From contig CBDCTD010000001.1 in NCBI GenBank assembly GCA_965222095.1, positions 665,452-729,451 on the forward strand: DNA of 64,000 nucleotides. The letters are read 5' to 3'. The notes beneath the pieces are model-generated. The model was not told the origin of the DNA and made no database searches. It saw only the letters and a program-made list of their open reading frames with translations. A program made the translations under genes and the position numbers. Positions 16,721-25,863 of this stretch are shown here, one piece after another. Position 1 is the stretch's first letter. Every line of letters begins with the position of its first letter. Origin of the DNA: Bryobacterales bacterium (GTDB lineage Bacteria; Acidobacteriota; Terriglobia; Bryobacterales; UBA6623).

Positions 16721-18454
16721 GTGCCAACGTTACCTGAATTCGGCCCATCCGGTCGAGAGTCCCCCCCTGCCTCCAGAAAGTGGCTGCTGGTCCTGCTGTT
16801 AATCTTGCTCCTGGGGAGTTGGGTCCGAATCTGCGACCTCGATGAGCGCAGTTTCAGCCACGTCGAGAGCTACTTCCCCGGCATTGGATATCCCGACCAC
16901 GTCAGCGACCCGACTTCGCGGCTGGACTTCTGGACCAACCTAAGATGGGCGCTCAACGACGTCCATGGCCCGCTGTGGTACGTGTTGATGCTCCCTTATG
17001 CAGAACTGTTCGGCACCAGTCTCTTTGTCATCCGGGCGCAGGCCGTGATCTTCGGGGTGTTCTCGATCGCCCTGATGTATGTTCTTGGAACGCTGTTGAA
17101 AGACCGGCTCACGGGAGTCCTAGCCGCTGCATTCCTTGCCTTTAACGGCCACCATCTTTTTTGGTCCCAGACCGCGCGCTTTTACGCGATGGCCTGTATG
17201 CTGTCTCTTCTCTCGACATGGCTGCTGATCCGAAGTGTCAGAGACCAAAGGAAGAGCCGCTGGCCGCCGGCGCTCTATCTTGGCGTCACTTGTGCGGGAC
17301 TGTTGACTCTCCACTACTTCTGGGCGGTTCTCGTCACGCAAATGCTATGGGCACTGCTGATGACACTGGCAAAAGAAAAACCGTCCGGGTCGTTGCTGCG
17401 CGGGCAGGTGCTTCTTTTCATTGCTGCTTCGCCGCTGCTGACCCTGGTCGTTTATCAAGCCCGTCCGATGTTTCTGGGAGACCGGCCCCTCGCCGCGGTC
17501 AAGGGATACTTAACGTTTGGTTTCTTGTTTGAGCCTAACCCGATCGCTATCTCATCACCAGAATGGTTGATCTGGTTGAGTGCGATCTTGCCTTGGCTGG
17601 CTCTCTTGTTGCTCGGGTTCAGCGTTCTTGCTCGGAAGACAAAGACCCCTGCCACCCAAGTCGACGAGCCACGAGCTCCGACCCGTATTGTCCTGGGCAT
17701 CGCCACGGTCGCATCCTGCGTTGTGATTCTATTCGCAGTGAACGCCGCCGCCGCGGTCTTCCCTCACAAAACAACGTTATTGCGATCCACGGTGCTGTTG
17801 CCTCTTGCCGCCTGCGCGTTCGCGTGGTCCGTCCAGTTCTTTGCGGAGAGGAGAGCGAGCCGCTTTCTGTGGCTGCCCCGCGTGGGCTTGCACCTCGAAC
17901 ACGATCGTCTTCTGGTAATTCTGATGGCTACGGTACCGGTGTCCTTGATCGCTGCTCTTTCGCTACTTGTACCGTTTTTTGCGCCACGAGCGATGTTGCT
18001 GTTTACCCCCTTTTTGCTGATTCTGCTTGCCTACGGCGTCTCGTTTGTCACGACAAAGAAGCGGAAAGCCTCGAGGGTCGGGGCGGGAGTTCTACTCGTC
18101 CTTCTCGGGATCGCCCACACCACAAGCGTCCGCTCGAGCCTGTCCTTTCCCGGACCAGCCGACTACAAGACCGCTGCGCTGGGCTTGCTGGATGACCTCG
18201 AAGCGTCCGATTGGATCTTTCTCCGCCGTCACTGGGCCACGACGCCCATCTTCTACTACTTGAAAGGAGAGGAGAGCCGTTTTATCGCGGACGACTACGC
18301 CGGCGCTGTACGGCGACGCCCTAGCGCGCGCATTTGGGTGATCCGTCCGGACTACTTGCAGATGCCGGAACTAATCGAAGACGCCTTGCGAGACAAGCGC
18401 CAATCCGACAGTATCGTCGCCCACGGCGTTCGGGTAGATCTCTACGACCCCTAG
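16721..18454 (+). CDS. GT-C fold membrane glycosyltransferase (PMT/ArnT-like, GT39/83)
   Basis: DVHGPLWY, SQTARFY, multiple TM helices; start uncertain. Confidence 0.75.
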   Translation: MPTLPEFGPSGRESPPASRKWLLVLLLILLLGSWVRICDLDERSFSHVESYFPGIGYPDHVSDPTSRLDFWTNLRWALNDVHGPLWYVLMLPYAELFGTSLFVIRAQAVIFGVFSIALMYVLGTLLKDRLTGVLAAAFLAFNGHHLFWSQTARFYAMACMLSLLSTWLLIRSVRDQRKSRWPPALYLGVTCAGLLTLHYFWAVLVTQMLWALLMTLAKEKPSGSLLRGQVLLFIAASPLLTLVVYQARPMFLGDRPLAAVKGYLTFGFLFEPNPIAISSPEWLIWLSAILPWLALLLLGFSVLARKTKTPATQVDEPRAPTRIVLGIATVASCVVILFAVNAAAAVFPHKTTLLRSTVLLPLAACAFAWSVQFFAERRASRFLWLPRVGLHLEHDRLLVILMATVPVSLIAALSLLVPFFAPRAMLLFTPFLLILLAYGVSFVTTKKRKASRVGAGVLLVLLGIAHTTSVRSSLSFPGPADYKTAALGLLDDLEASDWIFLRRHWATTPIFYYLKGEESRFIADDYAGAVRRRPSARIWVIRPDYLQMPELIEDALRDKRQSDSIVAHGVRVDLYDP

Positions 18455-18475
18455 CTTGCTCGCTCGCGCAACACA

Positions 18476-19246
18476 CTATCGCCTCAGCTTCTGCAGCCGA
18501 TAGTCGTGCGTATCCATCTTGACAACGTGGCACATTTCATAGACCCGCGAGCGTGCACGTGACCCAATTCGATCACCGAGCGTGTCGCGCACATGGTAGT
18601 GGCCGGAGACCGGGTCTTTCTGTGCGGTTTGGTCGCCAAGTTCCGAGTCAGGCAGGTTCGTCGTAACAATCAAGGCCTTTCCGGCGTTGTAACGGTGGTT
18701 GATGATGGCGGTGATGGTATCCTCAACCCAATCGCTAGGTCGGTGCGATCCCAAATCGTCGAGCAGGACGACCTCTGTTTCCATCGCCTCGCGGTACTCT
18801 CGCTGACCACCAGAACCAGCGGAGGCGTCGTAGCTTTGCCGGATCCGCTCCAGCAGGGCCTGGTAGTCGAAGAAGAGACATTCGAATCCGCGCTCCGCCA
18901 GCTCGCGCAAAACGGCACAGGCAAGGTGGGTTTTCCCCACGCCGGTCGCTCCGTGGAACATGATCCCAAGCTTCGGAGGTGACGGGTACTCGCGCACATA
19001 GCTCTTGGCGGTCACCATGGCTCGAGCAAGTTTGTCGTTGGCGATGGGATTCTCTTGCTTCTCCGGAAGCACGAAATTGTCGAAGCTGGCTTGCCGAAAA
19101 CGCTCGGGGATGCGAGCCTTCCCAACCATCGCCTGCTGGCGGCTTTGCTCCCGGCACTCGCATCGCTCCACGGCCACGACACCGTCGCGAGAGACCTGTT
19201 TCCAGCCGGTGCCATCGCAATGCGGACAGTTAGGGTTTGCTTCCAC
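18476..19246 (-). CDS. DnaC/IstB-like AAA+ ATPase with N-terminal Cys cluster
   Basis: CPHC..RCEC, IPERFRQASFDNF, Walker A GATGVGKT, Walker B LLDDLG, RYNAGKALIVTTN. Confidence 0.85.
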   Translation of the reverse strand: MEANPNCPHCDGTGWKQVSRDGVVAVERCECREQSRQQAMVGKARIPERFRQASFDNFVLPEKQENPIANDKLARAMVTAKSYVREYPSPPKLGIMFHGATGVGKTHLACAVLRELAERGFECLFFDYQALLERIRQSYDASAGSGGQREYREAMETEVVLLDDLGSHRPSDWVEDTITAIINHRYNAGKALIVTTNLPDSELGDQTAQKDPVSGHYHVRDTLGDRIGSRARSRVYEMCHVVKMDTHDYRLQKLRR

Positions 19247-19257
19247 GAGACTTGCCC

Positions 19258-19758
19258 CTACTCAATCACAACCATCGGCTCTCCGGCGCCGATGGATCCG
19301 CCTTCTTCTACATATACCGCCGTCACAGAACCTGCCTTGGGCGACTTGATCTCATTCTGCATCTTCATTGCTTCGACGACCACCAATCCCTGCCCCGCCT
19401 CTACGGTCTCCCCCGCTTGGACCTCTACTTTGACCACCCTTCCGGGCATTGGCGAGGCGACCTTCTGGGGACCTTCGACATCCGACACCCCTGCCTCTCT
19501 TCCCCGTTGGCGCGGATCCTGGACCGCTATCTCAAAACGGTCGCCATTAACGGCAACAACATAGTGTCCCTCAGCCTCCTCGATCTTGACCTCGTAACTG
19601 CGGCTGCCCATCAGAACCGAGTAAACGCCTGGTTCGACCTCTTGGACGTCCGCCAGGTCCCGACTCGTCCCGACTTCAAACTCGTAGCTGGAGCCAGAAG
19701 CTTGTGGCTCGAGCTTGACTCTGCGCTCCGCGCCGTTAACGCTCGTCAGCAGTTCCAT
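19258..19758 (-). CDS. Biotin carboxyl carrier subunit
   Basis: SPMPGRVV, EAMKMQNE biotinylation motif. Confidence 0.9.
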   Translation of the reverse strand: MELLTSVNGAERRVKLEPQASGSSYEFEVGTSRDLADVQEVEPGVYSVLMGSRSYEVKIEEAEGHYVVAVNGDRFEIAVQDPRQRGREAGVSDVEGPQKVASPMPGRVVKVEVQAGETVEAGQGLVVVEAMKMQNEIKSPKAGSVTAVYVEEGGSIGAGEPMVVIE

Positions 19759-19862
19759 CCCGTTTGCCGGTTTCTGCGTATCGGCCTTGGCGATCAGGGC
19801 AACAGCCGCTCCGGGGTTCATCGGTTCCGAAAGTTCTCCTGGATATCGCTACCGTTGGCCGA

Positions 19863-21365
19863 TCAGCGGAGCATCGATCGCTTTCCCAAGATCTTCCAAG
19901 CGCTTCCGTTCGTCGATGGATGAGACGCCAGCTCTCGCGACCGCCGGGCCGAGTGTACCGCCGCGGTGAGCACGGCTACCCGTTCGTGATCTTCTGGTGA
20001 TTGCGAATCCGAGGAGCGCCGTTCCAGCCAGCGCGCGATGAAGCCGGTATCGATCCTGCCGGCGGTGAAGTCTTCGTCAAGTAGGACGTCGCGAAAGAAG
20101 CCTACTGTCGTCTTGATGCCGTCGACGTGGTATTCCGCCAACGCGCCACGAAGCCGGTGAATCGCCTCGCCTCGGGTCGGCGCCCACACGATCAGCTTCG
20201 CGATGAGCGGGTCGTATTCGAGGGGGACTGTCCATCCTTGGTAGGCTCCTGAGTCGACTCGCACCCCGGGACCGGAAGGGCGCTCCAGCATCGTGATGCG
20301 CCCTGGGGAGGGAAAAAACTGGTTGTGCGGATCTTCTGCGTAAATGCGGCATTCGATCGCGCTGCCGCGCCGACGGACTTCATCCTGCCGGTATCCAAGC
20401 TTTTCCCCGGCGGCGATGCGGATCTGCTCCTTGACCAGGTCGATGCCGGTGACCCACTCGGTCACGGGGTGTTCGACCTGGAGGCGCGTGTTCATCTCCA
20501 GGAAGTAGAAGTTGCATGCGGCGTCCATCAGAAACTCGACCGTCCCCGCGTTGGTGTACTTCGCCGCCTGGGCAGCTTGAACCGCGGTCGCGGTGATCTT
20601 TTCGCGGATGTCGGGATGCTCTTCGATCAATGGAGAGGGAGATTCTTCGAGCACCTTCTGGTGGCGCCTCTGCAGGGAGCACTCTCGCTCTCCGAGATGA
20701 ATTGTCTCACCGTGCTCGTCGGCCAGAATCTGTACCTCGACGTGCCTCGGGTCCGTAATTGCTTTTTCGATATATACGTCGCGGTCGCCGAACGCTCCCT
20801 CGGCCTCGCTCTGCGCTTGCTCCAGTGACGACGGCAGCTCCGCGGCCGAGGGAACGAGGCGCATGCCCTTTCCGCCGCCTCCGGCAGCCGCCTTCAACAT
20901 GACGGGAAAGCCGATCTTTTCCGCCGTGGCTAGCGCACCGGCACTGCTCTCCACAGGCGTCGTCGTGCCTGGCACGACCGGGACTCCCGCTTGCTCCATC
21001 GCCTGCCGCGCTCGGGTCTTCGATCCCATTAGCTCCATCGACTCCGGACTCGGGCCAATGAACTTCACTGCGGCTGAGGCACAGGCCCGCGCAAACGTCG
21101 CATTCTCACTCAGGAATCCATACCCGGGATGGATAGCGTCAGCGCCCACCGAGCGGGCCGCGTCGAGAACCCGGTCCATGTCGAGGTAGCTCTCGGTCGC
21201 CGCCGCCGGACCGATGTGGACCGCTTCATCCGCCATGCGAACATGAAGCGCTGTGCGGTCGACATCGGAATACACGGCAACCGTCGGGATCTCCATTTCC
21301 CGGCAGGTGCGGATGATCCTGACAGCGATCTCCCCGCGGTTGGCTATGAGAATCTTGTGGAACAT
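19863..21365 (-). CDS. accC: Biotin carboxylase subunit of an acyl-CoA carboxylase
   Basis: ILIANRGEIA, HPGYGFLSEN, GGGGKGMR, ERECSLQRRHQK, EMNTRLQVEHPVTE. Confidence 0.92.
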   Translation of the reverse strand: MFHKILIANRGEIAVRIIRTCREMEIPTVAVYSDVDRTALHVRMADEAVHIGPAAATESYLDMDRVLDAARSVGADAIHPGYGFLSENATFARACASAAVKFIGPSPESMELMGSKTRARQAMEQAGVPVVPGTTTPVESSAGALATAEKIGFPVMLKAAAGGGGKGMRLVPSAAELPSSLEQAQSEAEGAFGDRDVYIEKAITDPRHVEVQILADEHGETIHLGERECSLQRRHQKVLEESPSPLIEEHPDIREKITATAVQAAQAAKYTNAGTVEFLMDAACNFYFLEMNTRLQVEHPVTEWVTGIDLVKEQIRIAAGEKLGYRQDEVRRRGSAIECRIYAEDPHNQFFPSPGRITMLERPSGPGVRVDSGAYQGWTVPLEYDPLIAKLIVWAPTRGEAIHRLRGALAEYHVDGIKTTVGFFRDVLLDEDFTAGRIDTGFIARWLERRSSDSQSPEDHERVAVLTAAVHSARRSRELASHPSTNGSAWKILGKRSMLR

Positions 21366-21566
21366 GCGTGGTTCGTCTCAGCCGAAAGTAACGTCGATTG
21401 TAGCACCGCTCTTCACGTGAAACTCACGCAGCCCCATGGTGGCGCAGGTCCCCAGACACTGCTGTGTCGGTACTCTTACCGACACCTGTTTCCGAGCTGC
21501 CTACACCCAAGGACCCAGGCCGGGCTGAACATGTCGCTCAGCAGCCGACCGCCACGTGATGTCCTC

Positions 21567-21797
21567 TCAGCAGGCCGGGCCGCGCTTCTTCCGGCGGAAG
21601 TAGAACAGGTGTTGAACCTCGTTCTTGCTGCCGGCGTTGACAGCCTTGCGCCAGGCCATTCCCAAGAGGAAAATGCCTCCGCACAAGAAGACTGCTTTGT
21701 CGGCTAACTGCCCTTCGAACGGAATTAAAGCTGCGATCACCATGCAGACAAATCCGGAAATTGCCCACCCGAGGCTTTGCTTGTTTTCGGACGGCAT
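21567..21797 (-). CDS. Small two-TM hypothetical protein
   Basis: Two hydrophobic segments; no family recognised. Confidence 0.4.
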   Translation of the reverse strand: MPSENKQSLGWAISGFVCMVIAALIPFEGQLADKAVFLCGGIFLLGMAWRKAVNAGSKNEVQHLFYFRRKKRGPAC

Positions 21798-21852
21798 CGT
21801 TGTCCTCCAGGTTGGTTCTGAGGTCAGTGTAGGAACAGCCGGCGAATCGCGC

Positions 21853-22599
21853 CTATTCATCCTCATCCAACTGCAATAGCCAGCGGATTGCGTTACGAAT
21901 CAGCCGCTGCGTCATGGGATGCCCTAAGCCTTCCGGCGTGTGCCCGGGCGATAGGTACACGAAGCGGCCATGGTCGAGTTCGCGCCACCAACCGGCCGGC
22001 GCGGCCTTGTTATCACGAGCAATGTGCCGAAGCAGCAGGTGCTCTCGGTCGAGAAAGTACTTGCTCATGTGCTGTTCGTCGAAGATCCCGTAGTCTTCGA
22101 CCCCCTGGGTAATGGGGTGGCTCTTGTCTTCGACACGGACTGTGAAAATCGCCGGCTCGGGATGGCCGCCGTAGTCACCGCCAAATAGCTCGTAGTAGAG
22201 GCCATCCGGCGGATAAATGCCATGGGAATTGTGCATCGCCAGAAACCCGCCGCCGTTATGAACAAAGTCCCAGATGGCTTGTTGATGTTCCTCGGTCATC
22301 CACAGGACGTGCGGCTGGTCGTAGCCATTGGGCCAGATCATGCCATCGCGGAATATCACCAACAAGTCGAAATCCCGGAGCGCCTCGGCCGTTAGGGCTT
22401 TCTCGTTCTCTAGGAACGTAACCGGAACGTTCTCTCGTAAGAACGCCGGCGCCAGTCCGTCGCGAATATGTACGGGACTGTGGTAGCGGTCGCCGATCAG
22501 TGCCAGCGCTCGGGGACGGTCAGCGGATTGGTAGACCCGAGACGTGTTTTGCGCGATCAAAGGAACTGCCAAGACCAAGAGTAAAGCGAACGGAAGCAT
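21853..22599 (-). CDS. ThuA-like (class I GATase-like) secreted protein
   Basis: Signal peptide, GGGFLAMH, FGGDYGGHP, DEQH, GRFVYLSPGH. Confidence 0.8.
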   Translation of the reverse strand: MLPFALLLVLAVPLIAQNTSRVYQSADRPRALALIGDRYHSPVHIRDGLAPAFLRENVPVTFLENEKALTAEALRDFDLLVIFRDGMIWPNGYDQPHVLWMTEEHQQAIWDFVHNGGGFLAMHNSHGIYPPDGLYYELFGGDYGGHPEPAIFTVRVEDKSHPITQGVEDYGIFDEQHMSKYFLDREHLLLRHIARDNKAAPAGWWRELDHGRFVYLSPGHTPEGLGHPMTQRLIRNAIRWLLQLDEDE

Positions 22600-22759
22600 C
22601 GCGAATTCTCTCCACCCAACGCCCCGATCCCGAAGCTGTTGGTCGTCGTATTGTAACGGACACGGAGCTCGGCGTTCGACCGAACGGGCACCGCAGCGCG
22701 ATATCGGGCTGCCCTTTGGCGCCCGACCGGAGATGATCAACCCGAACGGTGGGCCGAGC

Positions 22760-25108
22760 TCAAGCGTCGGCTGCCGCCGGCTCTGCTACTGGCTCTGGGG
22801 TTGGCCTTAGGGTGAACTTGTCGACCAGCTTAGGCCTGAGCTCTTTGCCGTCCGTGGCCGGCTCATCAAACGCTATGACGAACGCAGTAAGTTCATCGCC
22901 TTTGAGCCGAATTCGCACCAGGCCACGAAACTTCTCGATGCGCGCCGCACCGCCTGCCTCGTTGTTGTGACCGTTGAATTGCAGCGAGACCGCTAGATAC
23001 CACCCCAGCCACATGCAGCTCATGAGTGCTCCTAGCGGGAGCGCGATGAGAACACCCGCCCAATCCCCCATCGGACCCCTATCCAGCGAAAACGGGAGGT
23101 AGACTTGCAAGCCGGCGTGTAGAACCCAGGTCGCCAGCAGTACCCACCGATTCGCCCAGCGAGCAACGATCAGACCGATCAGCACGAATAGGGCCGCCAA
23201 CAGCACCGCCCAAAGTGCGCTCAGCCAGCCGCCTTTGATAATGATCAAGACAGGTACGCAGACCTGCAGAACAGCGTGCAGCGCGCCCATAAGCGCAAAT
23301 CCGATTTTGCCGCCGGTGCCGTGCCGCTTGGCGGCCGTTTCCCAGGCGAACTTCCACACCAAGCCAACAGGTAGACCGAGTACAATCGCCAAGAAGATCA
23401 AGTCGGATAGCTGGTAGGACGCGCGGTAGTTGCCGAAGATCCACACGGATGCGAACGCCAGGAGTGCGCCACCGCCGTAATACGCCCAGGTGCGGAGCTG
23501 ATGCCCGAGGTTAATTGACTCTGTTCTTGCCCTCTCGACCAATCTGTCTGAGTATTTGCTCCCCAGCCAAAGAAGGACGGCGGCTGCCACGAGGGACAGT
23601 AAGAGCGCAACGGTGTAGACGAGTCCATGATCCAGGTCCTCTAGCACCGGCAGGTTCCCGCCCCACAAGTCCTTACCAGCGTCGCGGATCTCCTTCCCCA
23701 AGTCCTCCACGAGGCTAGCGATCGTACCCGTGAAGAGGCCGTCCACCAAAGCTTTCGTGCTCTTTGTCCTCGTTGCCGCAAAGACGATTGAGAAGGCAAC
23801 AAGGGCCCCAATTAGCCAGACGTATCCCCCGTCAAAGATCGTCCACGGTTTGAGCAGCCGCCGGGTGGTCTCCCAGCGTGAGTCGGACTTGGGTGGGAAC
23901 AGAGCCTGCTCTTCGACCTCTCCAAAGTCCGTGTCGGAAGGATGCAGGAACGCCCCTCCGAAGCCTGCAACCACGGATGCGTAGTTGTGGGCACTTGGCT
24001 GTTTCGGGCCGTCGGAGCCGGTCGAGCTTGGACCCCAGTACCGAGCGTAGTGGTGGACATCCCCGGCAATGTCGAGACGACAGGTACCTTCGGGAAGCGG
24101 GACACCGTCATCTTCGCGGGCCGGATCTTCACCCATGGTCTTGGACTTCTTTTTGGAGGCTCGCCCGTTTGGGTCCACAAAAGGCCGTGCTAAGTCGAGT
24201 GTCGCGCAAGGTTGGGCTTCGGGCGAGTCGCAAAAAGGCCTCTTGCCGAACACCACGCTCGGTTCCGGCGTGGCCAGAATTAGTTTCTCGGGGGTGCTCC
24301 CGCCACCAACGGAGCGGAAGAAGTGCGCCTGGCGAAAATCCACCTTGCCCACTTGAGCATCAACACCCCAGAAGTGCCAGCCGTAGGGCAGCTTCAGCGC
24401 CATGTAGGTGGCTTGCTGGCGGCGCTCAAAACCCCATAGCTCCAATTGAGGAGGCCGACCCTTATCGGTCTTGGGATCGCCTGATAGGGTTTTCGCGGCA
24501 TGTTCTATCTTGAGGGCCGGCACCCGGAATTGGCGGTTAAACCCGTGGAGCGAGTCGTAGTAATCATGGTTACCCGGAATGCCGAAGATCGGTAGACGCT
24601 CCGGGTTGGTTCCTCCGGCCTCCAGATCTTGGAACGCCCATTGGAAAGGACCCCAAAACCGATTCGCCAAGGTGGCGTAGTCACCGACGTGATAAGCGGT
24701 ATCCCCGCCAACGAACAAGAACCTGCCGCGGGGAAGTCTTTCTTCCAGGTCCTCGTCTGGAGCCGGATTGACGGCGACCCCATTCTCCGCCTTGCGAATC
24801 CCCATGTCGCTCATAAGTAGGTAGGCAATGCTGTAGGTCGCCTTCTGACCGTCTCCCGTGTCGGCGATGTAGTCGAACCAAAACTCACCGTCTTCGTCTG
24901 CCTGGCTAAAGTCCAGCTCCTCGGGAGGGTCCGCCCGCATCCAGCCCTTAGGGTCAGTTTTGGAGCCAAACGCGCTGTAGAGAACTATGCCCCTAAGCCC
25001 GGCGATAAGCTGGGGACCGAGCAGCCAACGTACCGGCCGCTTGAACTTCTTGGGTTTGTTCAGGATCCCCAATCCGGCTGCTGCTCCGCGAGAGGGGTTG
25101 GGGGCCAT
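22760..25108 (-). CDS. Calcineurin-like metallophosphoesterase with C-terminal multi-TM domain
   Basis: ADTGDG, GGDTAYH, IPGNHDYYD, AGDVHHY; hydrophobic C-terminal third. Confidence 0.82.
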   Translation of the reverse strand: MAPNPSRGAAAGLGILNKPKKFKRPVRWLLGPQLIAGLRGIVLYSAFGSKTDPKGWMRADPPEELDFSQADEDGEFWFDYIADTGDGQKATYSIAYLLMSDMGIRKAENGVAVNPAPDEDLEERLPRGRFLFVGGDTAYHVGDYATLANRFWGPFQWAFQDLEAGGTNPERLPIFGIPGNHDYYDSLHGFNRQFRVPALKIEHAAKTLSGDPKTDKGRPPQLELWGFERRQQATYMALKLPYGWHFWGVDAQVGKVDFRQAHFFRSVGGGSTPEKLILATPEPSVVFGKRPFCDSPEAQPCATLDLARPFVDPNGRASKKKSKTMGEDPAREDDGVPLPEGTCRLDIAGDVHHYARYWGPSSTGSDGPKQPSAHNYASVVAGFGGAFLHPSDTDFGEVEEQALFPPKSDSRWETTRRLLKPWTIFDGGYVWLIGALVAFSIVFAATRTKSTKALVDGLFTGTIASLVEDLGKEIRDAGKDLWGGNLPVLEDLDHGLVYTVALLLSLVAAAVLLWLGSKYSDRLVERARTESINLGHQLRTWAYYGGGALLAFASVWIFGNYRASYQLSDLIFLAIVLGLPVGLVWKFAWETAAKRHGTGGKIGFALMGALHAVLQVCVPVLIIIKGGWLSALWAVLLAALFVLIGLIVARWANRWVLLATWVLHAGLQVYLPFSLDRGPMGDWAGVLIALPLGALMSCMWLGWYLAVSLQFNGHNNEAGGAARIEKFRGLVRIRLKGDELTAFVIAFDEPATDGKELRPKLVDKFTLRPTPEPVAEPAAADA

Positions 25109-25461
25109 TTGACGTTACGAAGTAGGCACTGGGATTGCCTCTAATCAGGCTAGGGCGCGAAGCGCTAGGAGCAAGCCTATCATACGTTCACAAAGAAACG
25201 AAAGCCATTAATCCGAAAAGCTCGACCAAAAACGGTGCCTCACGCAACCGTTGTTTGAAAAAGCAGGCTAGTGGCGTAAAACCACCACCAGTTTGGCCCG
25301 CTTGGGGCGGCTTCCTCTGTGCTTTTGATCACGTCGACACTCTCGGGGTCTCTCGAACATCCTTACTTTTCAATTAGATCGATTTCGGGGAAGGCTTTGG
25401 AATGCCGAGTGCACAACTACGGATGGCGTTATTGCCAAATCCTTCGAACGGAGGAAACGAA

Positions 25462-25782
25462 ATGAGAACGATCCTCGTACTCGCAGCGCTACTGGCGTTT
25501 TCGATCACTCCACTCGACGCAGGACATCGACATCGCCACGGACATTATGTCCCCAAGTTGAAGCGCTTCTCTACTCATTTTTCATACGGCTACGGCGGTG
25601 GTCACGGGTTCGGCTATTACGAACGGAGGCCCCGTTACTACTGCGACGATCCCTATGCGAACCACCATTACGAATACAAACGACGGCGCAAGTATCACCG
25701 GCGCCACAGACATTATCACTACGGCGGTCGCTGCCCGTACCGTCAGCACCGTTACTACGGAGGTTACTATGACGATGACTAG
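25462..25782 (+). CDS. Small secreted His/Tyr/Arg-rich protein
   Basis: GGAGGA RBS, 20-aa signal peptide ending LDA, low-complexity mature part. Confidence 0.75.
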   Translation: MRTILVLAALLAFSITPLDAGHRHRHGHYVPKLKRFSTHFSYGYGGGHGFGYYERRPRYYCDDPYANHHYEYKRRRKYHRRHRHYHYGGRCPYRQHRYYGGYYDDD

Positions 25783-25863
25783 CTGCGGCGCGGCCCGAGG
25801 CTCCTGACGGGCCGCTCGGGAAGGCTACAGGCCTGAGGTACGCTGCGACGCTTCCTGCACGGC

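Noticed and set aside
18476-19246. IS21 element suggested by the IstB-like ATPase
   Set aside because: No IstA gene, terminal repeats or target duplication
21464-21485. Perfect 9-bp hairpin GTGTCGGTA-CTCT-TACCGACAC upstream of accC
   Set aside because: Single copy in the window with no U-tract; cannot distinguish REP from terminator
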